A stretch of DNA of 64,000 nucleotides from a virus, in IMG/VR virus record IMGVR_UViG_3300029288_000158. One strand, given 5' to 3'. This document shows, one piece after another, positions 37,146 to 46,451 of this stretch. The notes beneath the pieces were generated by a model. That model did no database searches, was not told where the DNA came from, and saw nothing but the letters and a program-made list of their open reading frames with translations. The position numbers and the translations under genes were made by a program. Every line of letters starts with the position of its first letter. Within the stretch, counting starts at the first letter, position 1.

Positions 37146-37637
37146 TTAAATTTTACAATTACATTTACATTTCCAATGTAGAGAAGAATCAAAAATATCA
37201 ATTCCTATCTGAATACAGATGGTTCTGAGATGCAAAGAACAGATAATTGCTTCAAAATCTATACCATATTCAATACATGTTTTTGACTTGCCGTGTGTTG
37301 AACGGCGTTTAAATGCTGTTCTGATAGTGTTTCTTAAATTTTGTTTTATTTTATATTTCGAATCGGTTGAATATCTTATTCTTGCTCTAGCGGATGCCTG
37401 TTTATTCAAAATAGACTTATGCTATATCTGATATTTTTTAATAATATCTTTGTTATTGTCTCTATACTTTTTCTTTGATTTGTTACACGATTCTTTATTA
37501 TTTTTTCTCCAGATTCTCTTAACTGTATTTTTACACACCTTACAACTCGTTGAATAACCACATTTAATTGTTTTGTCTTTATGGAATTCTGTAACATCTT
37601 TTTCAACTCCACATTTTGAACATAATTTTGTATCCAT
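37146..37637 (-). pseudogene. decayed HNH-type homing endonuclease. The N-terminal zinc finger CSKCGVEKDVTEFHKDK...CKVCK is intact, a frameshift sits near 37410-37420, and the catalytic HNH core is missing.
   Basis: Two adjacent minus-strand ORFs in different frames. The N-terminal module is typical of phage HNH endonucleases. The gene is truncated at its 3' end. Confidence 0.45.
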
Positions 37638-37739
37638 CGCTCCCCCATTGTTATCATACCACCATTTTCCTTGTATTTAAAGTAACCAGCAACAACAATT
37701 CTGTAATAAATCATTAATAACTCCTTCAGCTTCATTACT

Positions 37740-38320
37740 TTCTATTTTTCAAACTGTCATTATTTTCTATTTTGTGTTATCTAAAGAAATTACAAATATA
37801 AATTACTAACTTTGTTTTTCCTGAGAACGTTGAACAATATAAATAATCTAGATCTAAAAGAAACCATAACTAAATTTTATTATAACTCGTGCGATAATTT
37901 AAAAACACATATGTTTGTGAAAAATTCTAAAATAACATCTGAAAAATAATTATTCCAAAGATAAAGTAATCTTGTAGGCTGGGAGACTAACCTATGGGAG
38001 TTTTTAGTTATCTATATCACTGTCCTTAAGAAAGATACGACGAAATAAAAGTCTGGAGAGAAAACCAGTCCACTGTTTCGTAAGAGTGTGATTGAAAGTA
38101 ATGAATTTATAATTTGTTACTAGCCTTGTGCAGAAGATAATTAGAGACGAATTGCTGAACGCAGAGTAATGAAAAACTCCAATTAAGTTTGGAATAAGTA
38201 ATGAATCAGCAGTTAGGGAAGGAATGGGTGAATTCTATCCAGCCTCAAACAAAAAATAAAACCAATCAAATCATCCAACCGACGAAGCTGGAGCGTAGCG
38301 GAAGCAAGGAGATTTGGATT
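37740..38320 (+). other. about 580-nt non-coding block with GC-rich complementary segments; candidate structured RNA or intron/IS remnant
   Basis: No ORF over 35 codons on either strand. aggctgg at 37978 pairs with ccagcct at 38241. It sits next to the decayed HNH gene. Confidence 0.3.
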
Positions 38321-38542
38321 AAGTGAGCGAAGCGAACTTGAAAATCACAACCAAATTCAAAACAGAAATCATTTCAAAAACATATTTAAGATTTGTTCAC
38401 TTGTATTTCCGTTCAGATTTATCTCTTGATTATTACCCATCAATCAAAAAAGTTCATGAAGTATTTTCAGCAACTCCGTGTTTGTTACATGATGAAAAGT
38501 TCAGACGAATTCGTAAAACATTAAACATAAGGTAGAAACAAA

Positions 38543-39760
38543 ATGTCAAATACAATGGCAACAATCGAAAAAGTAGTTAAAACATATCCAATTGAATCAG
38601 CAGATAATATTGAAATGACTCAAGTTCTTGATTACCATGTAGTGACCAAGAAAGGTGAATTCAAAGCTGGTGATTTTGTAATTTACGCAAGAGTTGATTC
38701 TATTTTTCCAGATGGTCTTTCCGAAGAAGATAAAATTAAACACTCCGAACTAAAGAAAATTAAGAAAGAACATTCGGATAATGTAGATATTGATAATCAA
38801 ATTTCAGAAGTTCTTTCGAGAAATACTATTCCTGAATTTGAATTTCTAAGAAAAGATAAATTTACAATTAAAGCGAAGAAATATTCCAAATTTAGAAATG
38901 AACTTGGAAACAAAATTATTTCAGAAGGGATTATTTTTCCTACAACTATTCTGAAAAACAAACAATATATCATTGAAGGAAAAGACGTAACATCTCTTCT
39001 CGGAATCACTAAAGTTGTTGAGGATGAAGAAGAAATTATAACAGAAGAAAAAGAAAACAAGATTAAAAAGTTTCTATTCAAATATAAACTATTTCGTAAA
39101 TTGTATTTTATTTTCGCACCTAAGAAGATTTCCGGCAATTGGGAGTCTTGGCTTCCGGCTAAATCTGATGAGGAGAATATTCAAAAACTATTTTCAAAGA
39201 TTGTTTTTAACCATGGTAGAAATAATTATGTTGTCACTGAAAAACTTGAAGGTAGAAATATTTCTTTCTACAAATATGAAACAAAATCTTGGTTTGGTAA
39301 GAAAGTTAATTATGGAGTTTGTTCAAGAAATCGTCACTTGCCAAAAGATGATGGAAGTGATTTTTGGAGTGCGGTTAAAGATAATGATTTTCTAAACAAA
39401 CTTAAAAATTGCGAAGGAAATATTCTCGTTCGTGGTGAAAATTGCGGGCCAAAGATTCAAGGAAATATTTACAAACTAACAAAAGATAAGATTTTTATCT
39501 TTGATGTTTATAATATCAAGAACCAACGTTTTTACAACTATCAAGAAACTGTTGAATTTTGTAATAGATATGGATTTGAAATGGTTCCGGTGATTTCTGA
39601 TAATTTCACACTTCCAGAAACTGTTTTAGAATTGCTTGAATTCTCTAATGGCAAATCGGTTCTGTATCCAACCATGAGAGAAGGATTAGTGATTCGCAAA
39701 AAAGATGATTATACGATTTCTTTCAAAGCAAAATCGCCGGAGTATTTGGCAAAGAAATGA
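38543..39760 (+). CDS. ATP-dependent RNA ligase (covalent nucleotidyltransferase superfamily, Rnl2/Rnl5-like with an N-terminal extra domain)
   Basis: Motif I TEKLEG, Ia CSRNRH, III IFIFDV, IV EGLVIRK, V ISFKAKS. Confidence 0.7.
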   Translation: MSNTMATIEKVVKTYPIESADNIEMTQVLDYHVVTKKGEFKAGDFVIYARVDSIFPDGLSEEDKIKHSELKKIKKEHSDNVDIDNQISEVLSRNTIPEFEFLRKDKFTIKAKKYSKFRNELGNKIISEGIIFPTTILKNKQYIIEGKDVTSLLGITKVVEDEEEIITEEKENKIKKFLFKYKLFRKLYFIFAPKKISGNWESWLPAKSDEENIQKLFSKIVFNHGRNNYVVTEKLEGRNISFYKYETKSWFGKKVNYGVCSRNRHLPKDDGSDFWSAVKDNDFLNKLKNCEGNILVRGENCGPKIQGNIYKLTKDKIFIFDVYNIKNQRFYNYQETVEFCNRYGFEMVPVISDNFTLPETVLELLEFSNGKSVLYPTMREGLVIRKKDDYTISFKAKSPEYLAKK

Positions 39761-39776
39761 AAATCGAATTTACCGT

Positions 39777-39911
39777 AGAACAAGCTGGTTTCGAAACATT
39801 TATACTTCGAGGTAATATTCGAATCTCCGGATGGGCGTTATGCGGCGGCGACTTTGATTACAATAAACATAATTTTCCAGAACGACTTTACAAAAAACTG
39901 AATTGGTAAAC
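39777..39911 (+). CDS. small-protein superfamily member (MKIEF...FPERLYKKLNW), 44 aa
   Basis: ATGA-coupled to the ligase gene. Shares N- and C-terminal motifs with at least 4 paralogs. Confidence 0.5.
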
Positions 39912-39942
39912 AAAAATTTTTTATTTTCCAAATTCTTTCCAC

Positions 39943-39971
39943 TTGCCTTGTAAAAATAAAAACAGTATATT
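39943..39971 (+). promoter_or_regulatory. class-II promoter (TTGCCT-TGTAAAAATAAAAACAG-TATATT); near-identical spacer to the promoter at 59720
   Basis: Hexamers plus a shared spacer. Confidence 0.55.
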
Positions 39972-40000
39972 TAACTCATCCTCTAAAGAAAGGCTACAAC

Positions 40001-40579
40001 ATGTGTGATTGTGAAAAAACCGAAGAGAAGTCTACACCAATGTCTTCAAAGATTTCCGACTTTTTCCTAAATTCTCGGAAGATTTTTCTGTCTTCGGAAA
40101 TCAACGATAAGGTAGCAGATGAAATTGTCCAGAAGCTAATCTATCTTGATTCTCAGAGTCATGAAGACATTTATCTTTTTGTGAATTCTCCAGGAGGAGT
40201 CATCACATCAGGTATGGCAATTCTTGATGCTACGAATGCTGTTAAGTCGGACGTTCGCACAATCGTTACGGGACAAGCAGCTTCTATGGGAGCAATGATT
40301 CTAGCTAATGGTGCTAAAGGAAAGCGTTACTCTTGGCCAAATGCTCGTATTATGATTCATCAACCATTGATTTCTGGAAACTTTCAAGGAAACATTGTTG
40401 AAATTCAGACGGAAGCAAAAGAGATTGATCGAATGAAGACAACTCTTAATAACCTACTTGCCGAAAAGACAGGTCAACCAATTGAGAAAATCACTAAAGA
40501 CACCGATCGAGATTTCTTCATGGGATCTCAGGAGGCTCTTGAATATGGCATGGTTGATGTAGTTGAAACTTTGATTTAA
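40001..40579 (+). CDS. clpP: ATP-dependent Clp protease proteolytic subunit ClpP
   Basis: Catalytic triad context GQAASMGA (Ser) and MIHQP (His), C-terminal Asp. Collinear with bacterial ClpP throughout. Confidence 0.9.
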   Translation: MCDCEKTEEKSTPMSSKISDFFLNSRKIFLSSEINDKVADEIVQKLIYLDSQSHEDIYLFVNSPGGVITSGMAILDATNAVKSDVRTIVTGQAASMGAMILANGAKGKRYSWPNARIMIHQPLISGNFQGNIVEIQTEAKEIDRMKTTLNNLLAEKTGQPIEKITKDTDRDFFMGSQEALEYGMVDVVETLI

Positions 40580-40643
40580 TGAAACGTTAATTCCCCACTC
40601 ACTATTTCTAATGGGTGGGAATTCTTTTAACAGGAGAATAAAA

Positions 40644-40823
40644 ATGGAAATGGTTACTTCAATAGTTTTAGGATTTCTTTACGGGTGGAATGTAATGCCA
40701 TCTATTAGAGCGTGGGCTGATAAGACATTTCAAAACGAAATTGTTAGTTTTCTAGCTTTCGCAGGAGTTTCTCTATGCGGAATTGTTGTTGGAACTATCG
40801 CATTACATTTTATTGGTTTGTAA
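40644..40823 (+). CDS. small 2-TM membrane protein
   Basis: SD CAGGAGAATAAAAATG. Confidence 0.45.
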   Translation: MEMVTSIVLGFLYGWNVMPSIRAWADKTFQNEIVSFLAFAGVSLCGIVVGTIALHFIGL

Positions 40824-40836
40824 GAAAGGACTATAA

Positions 40837-41190
40837 ATGGCGGCAGCAATTAAAGAAGAAGACCTAAAGGAATATCCAGTAATTTGGAATGACCCTTGTG
40901 GGAAATATAGATTGATTAAAAGAGATGAAATGAACATGGAAATCATTCAATACATGCGACTTGGGGAATCTGGTCGTGGAAGGCAAACAGAAGTGAGAGA
41001 TTGTTGGTGTTCGGTTCCAATGTATTACTCAAGTCTTACATTTGCGTTTAATAAGTTGATTGAATTGAAGATGGCGGAAACAATGTCTACAGGGTTGAAT
41101 GAACTGAAAGATATTGTTGTGGCGTTGAATGATTTTAAGAAAGATTTTGAAGTTCAATACACGAAGAATATCAAAAATGTAATAGGGTAA
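40837..41190 (+). CDS. hypothetical protein
   Basis: Track ORF. Confidence 0.5.
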   Translation: MAAAIKEEDLKEYPVIWNDPCGKYRLIKRDEMNMEIIQYMRLGESGRGRQTEVRDCWCSVPMYYSSLTFAFNKLIELKMAETMSTGLNELKDIVVALNDFKKDFEVQYTKNIKNVIG

Positions 41191-41191
41191 C

Positions 41192-41425
41192 ATGAAAATA
41201 ATAATGAAATTTTTAGATATAGACGAACAACATATACCAACAAGAAAGAAAAATAATAAAGTTTTTGTTGTGGTTGGCAGAATCCGGGAATATCCCGCTA
41301 TATTATATCGTAAAGATTATGATATAGCAACCGAAAATTATAAACAGGAAGATGAATGGTGGAACCGAATAAATAAAAATTTCTACAGACGAACAAAACG
41401 AGAATTCAGGGAACATTATTTTTAA
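41192..41425 (+). CDS. small-protein superfamily member (paralog of 49620-49850: ...EDEWWNRINKNFYRRTKREF)
   Basis: Conserved MKII start and WWN..FY.R.KRE C-terminal motif. Confidence 0.55.
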   Translation: MKIIMKFLDIDEQHIPTRKKNNKVFVVVGRIREYPAILYRKDYDIATENYKQEDEWWNRINKNFYRRTKREFREHYF

Positions 41426-41428
41426 GAA

Positions 41429-41701
41429 ATGAAAATTAAATTAAAATTTATAACAACCGACGAACATTTTACTCTAAAAAAGAATGTAAAATATTTCGTT
41501 CAAGATTTAGATGTTTGTAATTTTCAAAGCGAATGGTTCGTATTTTACTACAACCATCAAACTATGGATTTTCTTCATCTAAATAAAAACATCTATATGG
41601 AAAGAATGAAATATGATTTTTCAAAGTTTTCTAAACAGTTAGGCACTAGTGAAAAATCGGTAAGAACTTTTATAGAAGCAACGGAACTGAAAGGATTTTA
41701 A
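41429..41701 (+). CDS. small-protein superfamily member (MKIKLKF...ERMKYDF...)
   Basis: Track ORF with family motifs. Confidence 0.5.
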   Translation: MKIKLKFITTDEHFTLKKNVKYFVQDLDVCNFQSEWFVFYYNHQTMDFLHLNKNIYMERMKYDFSKFSKQLGTSEKSVRTFIEATELKGF

Positions 41702-41703
41702 TT

Positions 41704-42519
41704 TTGTATCAATCTCCAATTATGTATGTGGGTGGTAAGTCTCGCCTTGTTGATGTTTTGAAACCAATGATTCCACAACACTCTGTTTATGTTGAAGCGT
41801 TTGCTGGTGGTGCGAATCTTTTGTTTTCCAGAAAGCCATCTTACAACGAGGTCATGAATGACTATGATGGCAACTTGATGAATTTTTACAAAGTTGTTAG
41901 AGATGATTTTGAAGCACTAATAAAATCATTTGAATTTGTATTGATTTCCCGTGAGTTGTTTGACGAGTATAAAGAGAAATACAAAACAAACAATTATAAA
42001 TCTGACCTTGAACGAGCACACATCTATTACTATCTGAATCGTGCTGGTTTTGGTGCTGATATGAGAAACCCGGTTTTTGGAACATATATTGAAAAGTCTC
42101 CAAACCTAAATCTAAAAAAAGTAGAACAATCAATTCGTCTTGCTCATTCTCGTTTGTCAAGAGTCATTATTGAACACAAGTCGTTTGAAGAAGTGATGAA
42201 GATTTATGATTCGGAAAATACATTCTTCTTTCTTGATTCGCCTTACAGAAACACTAAGCAATACGCGGTTGGTAATTTCGGAGATGATAAGTTTGAATTG
42301 CTAAGAGATTGTTGTAAAGAATGTAAAGGAAAGTTTCTTTATACAATTAACGACGACGAATATATCAGAGAATTGTTCAAAGACTTCTACATTCAAGACC
42401 ACAATGTTCATTATTGTATTAGTCAGTTTGATGAAGGACGAAGAGATTTCAAAGAACTGATTATTACAAATTATGAAATTAAAAACAAGAATACACTGAA
42501 TAAGTTTGTGAAGAAATGA
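41704..42519 (+). CDS. dam: D12-class N6-adenine DNA methyltransferase (Dam-like)
   Basis: MYVGGKSRL...VEAFAGGANLLF (motif I), FLDSPY (DPPY-type motif IV variant). Start is TTG at 41704 or ATG at 41722. Confidence 0.65.
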   Translation: MYQSPIMYVGGKSRLVDVLKPMIPQHSVYVEAFAGGANLLFSRKPSYNEVMNDYDGNLMNFYKVVRDDFEALIKSFEFVLISRELFDEYKEKYKTNNYKSDLERAHIYYYLNRAGFGADMRNPVFGTYIEKSPNLNLKKVEQSIRLAHSRLSRVIIEHKSFEEVMKIYDSENTFFFLDSPYRNTKQYAVGNFGDDKFELLRDCCKECKGKFLYTINDDEYIRELFKDFYIQDHNVHYCISQFDEGRRDFKELIITNYEIKNKNTLNKFVKK

Positions 42520-42682
42520 AAATAAATCTAATACTGGCGCATAAGATAACAGAACAACCAGAACCAAATACTGTTCATTTTTTGTGCAGATATTTGGTAT
42601 TTATACCATTTAATTGGGGCAACCACATTAATGCCAAACGAATTCAAAAAATTAACTTGTCGCGAAAAGGAATAAAATACTA

Positions 42683-43459
42683 ATGTTTATAAAAGAACTT
42701 GGTGAAAATGTTCCGGAAGAATTCTTGAATAAAATTAAAGAATATGTGGATGGGATTGAAGGTCCCGTTCTGGAGTATATGGAGTTTGGGTGTTGTAAGA
42801 GAATTCTAAATATGGACGATATTACTTTCTCGGTTGGATATGATTATAGAAATAAAAAATTTGTCAAACCGGACATTAAAAATAGGCAGTTCTCTTCGAA
42901 AGATAAATTTGATATCTTTTTTGGCATATCAATTCCGTGCGAATATGAAAGTGAGGAGTTCTTCTTTTCATTGCTCCCAAACACCAAACCAAAAACAACA
43001 ATTCAATCAAACGACATTCAAAATATTTACAACGAAACTATTGTAAGTTATACTATCAAATCAAATGATATGAAACTTCCTTTTGATAGTAATGAAAAAG
43101 TTAAGGAGTTTATTGATTTTGAATTACTGGCTCTAAATATACAACCAGCTTCACGACTACCAACAAAAACAATTCCGGTTCATTTCAATGTTTATATTGG
43201 CAATCTAAGAGTTGGAAACATCTTTGTTGATTTTCTAGTTTTGAAAACCAATCAAAAACCAAAGATTCTTCTTAAGAGTGACAAGGATGGGATTTTTACT
43301 TTTAGGTTGGTTACAGATGATTCTAATGTTAAACTGTCTCAAGTCAATGTTCCAAATGAAGTTTATCAAATGTTCAAATCTCTTAATTTTCCAGATACAT
43401 CAATCTTGTCAAATACAAATATTCGCAGAAGAATGTTAAAATATGCTGGTGGTAAATGA
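42683..43459 (+). CDS. hypothetical protein
   Basis: Track ORF. Confidence 0.5.
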   Translation: MFIKELGENVPEEFLNKIKEYVDGIEGPVLEYMEFGCCKRILNMDDITFSVGYDYRNKKFVKPDIKNRQFSSKDKFDIFFGISIPCEYESEEFFFSLLPNTKPKTTIQSNDIQNIYNETIVSYTIKSNDMKLPFDSNEKVKEFIDFELLALNIQPASRLPTKTIPVHFNVYIGNLRVGNIFVDFLVLKTNQKPKILLKSDKDGIFTFRLVTDDSNVKLSQVNVPNEVYQMFKSLNFPDTSILSNTNIRRRMLKYAGGK

Positions 43460-43647
43460 AAATTGAATTTGTTTTGAAAAGAACGAGCCGGATAGGACAA
43501 ACTATTCATGCATTAGATGGTAATACGCGTTTAAGAAATTGTGCTACATATCCTGCGATTGTTCTTGAAGGGGGCGTTTTTGATTATAAGAGAACACATT
43601 TTCCAGAACGACTTTACAAAATAATTTGGGAGAAAAAGTATGGATAA
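43456..43647 (+). CDS. small-protein superfamily member (MKIEF...HFPERLYKIIW)
   Basis: ATGA-coupled with family motifs. Confidence 0.55.
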   Translation: MKIEFVLKRTSRIGQTIHALDGNTRLRNCATYPAIVLEGGVFDYKRTHFPERLYKIIWEKKYG

Positions 43648-44353
43648 CATTTTCAACGAACTACCAGAAGATGTTCAAGCTTTCATAATGAAGCATCGTT
43701 CTATTATTCAAGATGATAGAATTCGAGCTATTAAACTAAAACATTATTTAAAGCATTACAATGAGTATTCTGTAAATAAAAATTTGGCCGTTTACGAATT
43801 ACCAAAAACTCATCTTGGTGAAAATCCAAAGTTTACAATTTTAATGAATGCTGCCACACATCAGACAGCATTAGAGTTTGAACTTACAATCTCTAAAGAA
43901 AATATTGATTATGATAAAGATACAACTTATGATTTCGCCGAACTAGACAAAACTAAAGGAATTGTTAGTTCATTTAGATTAGGGTTTACGGGGTCCAATA
44001 AACTTGAAAAACATCTGGTGGGGAAATTAAAACCTACTCATTCAGACAAATCAACATTAACTACAAAAACAAAAATAACTGTTCTTTGGAAAGGATATGT
44101 TGTTTATTCAGTTCCGGTTGTTTTGTCCATTGAACCGGATACTTTGATGGAACGAAACAAAATAGTTATGAAGTGCGATTCGGATGGACAGTTTAATGTC
44201 AAGATAAGTCGTGGACAAACATGTAAAGATTTGGGACCAGTAAACGTATGTCCTTCATGGAAAAATATGATGGTTCCTCGAGGTATTTCTCTGGATAAAA
44301 TGTATAAAAACAAAAAACTTGCCACAAGAATGAAGAAATGGAACGAATCGTGA
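43640..44353 (+). CDS. hypothetical protein, tandem paralog 1 (237 aa)
   Basis: Shares IFNELPEDVQAFI.KHRSIIQDD and NKKLATRMKKWNES with 44338-45060. Confidence 0.6.
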   Translation: MDNIFNELPEDVQAFIMKHRSIIQDDRIRAIKLKHYLKHYNEYSVNKNLAVYELPKTHLGENPKFTILMNAATHQTALEFELTISKENIDYDKDTTYDFAELDKTKGIVSSFRLGFTGSNKLEKHLVGKLKPTHSDKSTLTTKTKITVLWKGYVVYSVPVVLSIEPDTLMERNKIVMKCDSDGQFNVKISRGQTCKDLGPVNVCPSWKNMMVPRGISLDKMYKNKKLATRMKKWNES

Positions 44354-45060
44354 CTACCATTTTTAACGAACTGCCCGAAGATGTTCAAGCTTTCATACTG
44401 AAGCATCGTTCTATTATTCAAGATGATATGATTAAAATAGTGAGGTTGAAACTTTTTAACGATGGTGATTATCGTGAATATGTAGTTGATAAAGAACTAA
44501 ATGTATTGCCTGAACAAGAATATTATCCAGGTTTAACATTTAACATTTCAATGCCGACAAAAAACGATGATGTTGTAAAACTTGAATTTGTTCTTATTCT
44601 TTCTCAAGAAAATGTTGATTATAACAAAGATACAACTTATGATTTTTCTGAAATTCCAAAAGATAAAGTCGTTCACTCTTTTCGTTTAGGTTTTTTAGGT
44701 TCTAATAAACTACAACATATACTTTCAGAAAAATTAAAACCTACATATTCTCAGACTCCTACAGAACAACAAACAGTAAATATTAAGGTTCTTTGGCGCG
44801 AACATGTTATTTATGTTGTTCAGCTAATGATAAACCTTGAGAAATTTACATTGGTTGGACGAACGAAATTAGTTTTGAAAAGTGATAATGATGGACAACT
44901 ATCTTTCTACATGAAAAAAGGCGAAACTAAAAAAACAATAGGATATGTTAATATGTGCCCGATGTGGATGAAGATGTTTAAGGAACGGAATTTTGATTGG
45001 ACTTCTAATTATAAAAACAAAAAACTTGCCACTCGTATGAAGAAATGGAATGAATCGTGA
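44338..45060 (+). CDS. hypothetical protein, tandem paralog 2 (240 aa)
   Basis: Paralog of 43640-44353. Confidence 0.6.
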   Translation: MERIVTTIFNELPEDVQAFILKHRSIIQDDMIKIVRLKLFNDGDYREYVVDKELNVLPEQEYYPGLTFNISMPTKNDDVVKLEFVLILSQENVDYNKDTTYDFSEIPKDKVVHSFRLGFLGSNKLQHILSEKLKPTYSQTPTEQQTVNIKVLWREHVIYVVQLMINLEKFTLVGRTKLVLKSDNDGQLSFYMKKGETKKTIGYVNMCPMWMKMFKERNFDWTSNYKNKKLATRMKKWNES

Positions 45061-45227
45061 AAATAGAATTCAAAATAAGTTTAGGTTGGAGTTTATATGG
45101 AAATGATAAGATAACACGACAAGGAGATGCTGTATTTCTTAACGGTGGAGAATTTCCAGCCATTAAGAAAAATTTTCCAGAACGCCTTTATAAAGTAATA
45201 GATTGGGAAGGGAATTGGCATTCATGA
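45057..45227 (+). CDS. small-protein superfamily member (VKIEF...NFPERLYKVIDW); GTG start
   Basis: GTGA overlap with the upstream stop, plus family motifs. Confidence 0.45.
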   Translation: MKIEFKISLGWSLYGNDKITRQGDAVFLNGGEFPAIKKNFPERLYKVIDWEGNWHS

Positions 45228-45394
45228 AACTTCAATTTCGTTTTGAAAAATTTAACAGTCAATATATTTTCCACCACAACGACAATCAACCAAATTTTCG
45301 TTGCGGGGTTGCTATCCTACAAGGAACTTTCAACTACAAATATTATAATTTTCCTGAACGTTTGTATAAAGTTTTAAGCTGGAGAAACAAATGA
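45224..45394 (+). CDS. small-protein superfamily member (MKLQF...NFPERLYKVLSW)
   Basis: ATGA-coupled. Confidence 0.5.
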   Translation: MKLQFRFEKFNSQYIFHHNDNQPNFRCGVAILQGTFNYKYYNFPERLYKVLSWRNK

Positions 45395-45555
45395 AAATAG
45401 AATTCAAAATTAAGAAAAAATTATTGTTTGATACGTGGTGGATATGTGGAAATAAACGAATTATTACAAAATATAATGATTACAAACACCCAGCTATAAC
45501 ATTAAACGGAACCCCATTTGATTATAAAAAGTGGAGGTTTCCTGAACGACTCTAA
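45391..45555 (+). CDS. small-protein superfamily member, C-terminally truncated by a stop inside the motif (..RFPERL*)
   Basis: ATGA-coupled. Stops mid-motif, so possibly a pseudogene. Confidence 0.4.
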   Translation: MKIEFKIKKKLLFDTWWICGNKRIITKYNDYKHPAITLNGTPFDYKKWRFPERL

Positions 45556-45589
45556 AAAACACTCTCCTGGAAAGAATATTAAGTTTCAA

Positions 45590-45630
45590 AAGATTTCACT
45601 TGACTTTGGAAGAGGTTTGGGCTATATTAA
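45590..45630 (+). promoter_or_regulatory. sigma70-like promoter (TTGACT 45600, N17, TATATT 45623)
   Basis: Consensus hexamers upstream of the SPFH gene. Confidence 0.55.
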
Positions 45631-45671
45631 CACTAGCCAATTTCGGCTTAACTCAAAAAAGGAAAAACTAA

Positions 45672-46451
45672 ATGAATCCCAAGGGTATCATTGCTATTGT
45701 CGTCGCTGCGCTATTTCTTCTGATTCTTCCGTTTAACATTTACTCAATTGACTCCGGAGAACGCGCTGTTGTGCGAACTTTTGGTTCGGTTTCGGGAGTT
45801 TGGGATGATGGTCTTCATTTCAAGGTTCCGTTTACTCAGTCTGTTACGGTTGTCGATGTTCGCACTCGTAAGGCTCACGCTCCAGCATCCGCCGCAAGTT
45901 CGGATATGCAGAGGGTTACTACGGAAGTTGCTCTTAACTATCATTTGAATTCTGACAAGCTTTCGGAAATTTACACAAAGACCGGACTTGATTTGGAAGA
46001 CCGTATTATTGACCCACGTATTCAGGAAGTTGTTAAGGCGGTTACCGCAAAGTATCAGGCCGATAAGCTCCTGAGTCAGCGAGAACTTGTTAAGGGAGAA
46101 ATTGAAAGTCTTCTCAAGCAGTCTCTTCTTCCTTACAACGTAATTGTTGAAGCTGTTCAGATTACCGACTTCAAATTCTCTGAGCAGTATAACGCGGCAA
46201 TTGAAGCAAAGCAGACGGCTGAACAGAATGCGCAGAAGGCAAAGAATGACCTTGAGCGAATTAAGGTTGAAGCCGAACAGAAGATTGCTACGGCTCAGGC
46301 CGAAGCTGAAGCTATTCGTATTCAGGCAAATGCTATTAAGGAACAGGGCGGCGAAGCTTATGTTTCTATGAAGGCCGTTGACAAGTGGAATGGTGTTATG
46401 CCCACTTACATTGGTGGAAATGGACCGATTCCGTTTATTAGCGTTAAGTAA
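45672..46451 (+). CDS. SPFH/band-7 (prohibitin/HflKC-like) membrane protein
   Basis: N-terminal TM, then a band-7 core (SGERAVVRTFG...VPFTQSV...) and an Ala/Glu/Gln coiled-coil tail. GC-richer codon usage. Confidence 0.75.
   Translation: MNPKGIIAIVVAALFLLILPFNIYSIDSGERAVVRTFGSVSGVWDDGLHFKVPFTQSVTVVDVRTRKAHAPASAASSDMQRVTTEVALNYHLNSDKLSEIYTKTGLDLEDRIIDPRIQEVVKAVTAKYQADKLLSQRELVKGEIESLLKQSLLPYNVIVEAVQITDFKFSEQYNAAIEAKQTAEQNAQKAKNDLERIKVEAEQKIATAQAEAEAIRIQANAIKEQGGEAYVSMKAVDKWNGVMPTYIGGNGPIPFISVK

Noticed and set aside
37975-38020. Group I intron P7-like string gggagactaacctatggg
   Set aside because: The complementary P7 3' strand and P3/P4/P6 pairings could not be located by eye, and no flanking exon gene exists. 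Kept only as a hypothesis within the non-coding-island finding.
39800-39830. tRNA-like T-loop string ggtaatattcgaatctccgg
   Set aside because: It lies inside a small CDS with no acceptor or anticodon stem partners. No convincing tRNA cloverleaf was found by eye anywhere in the window.
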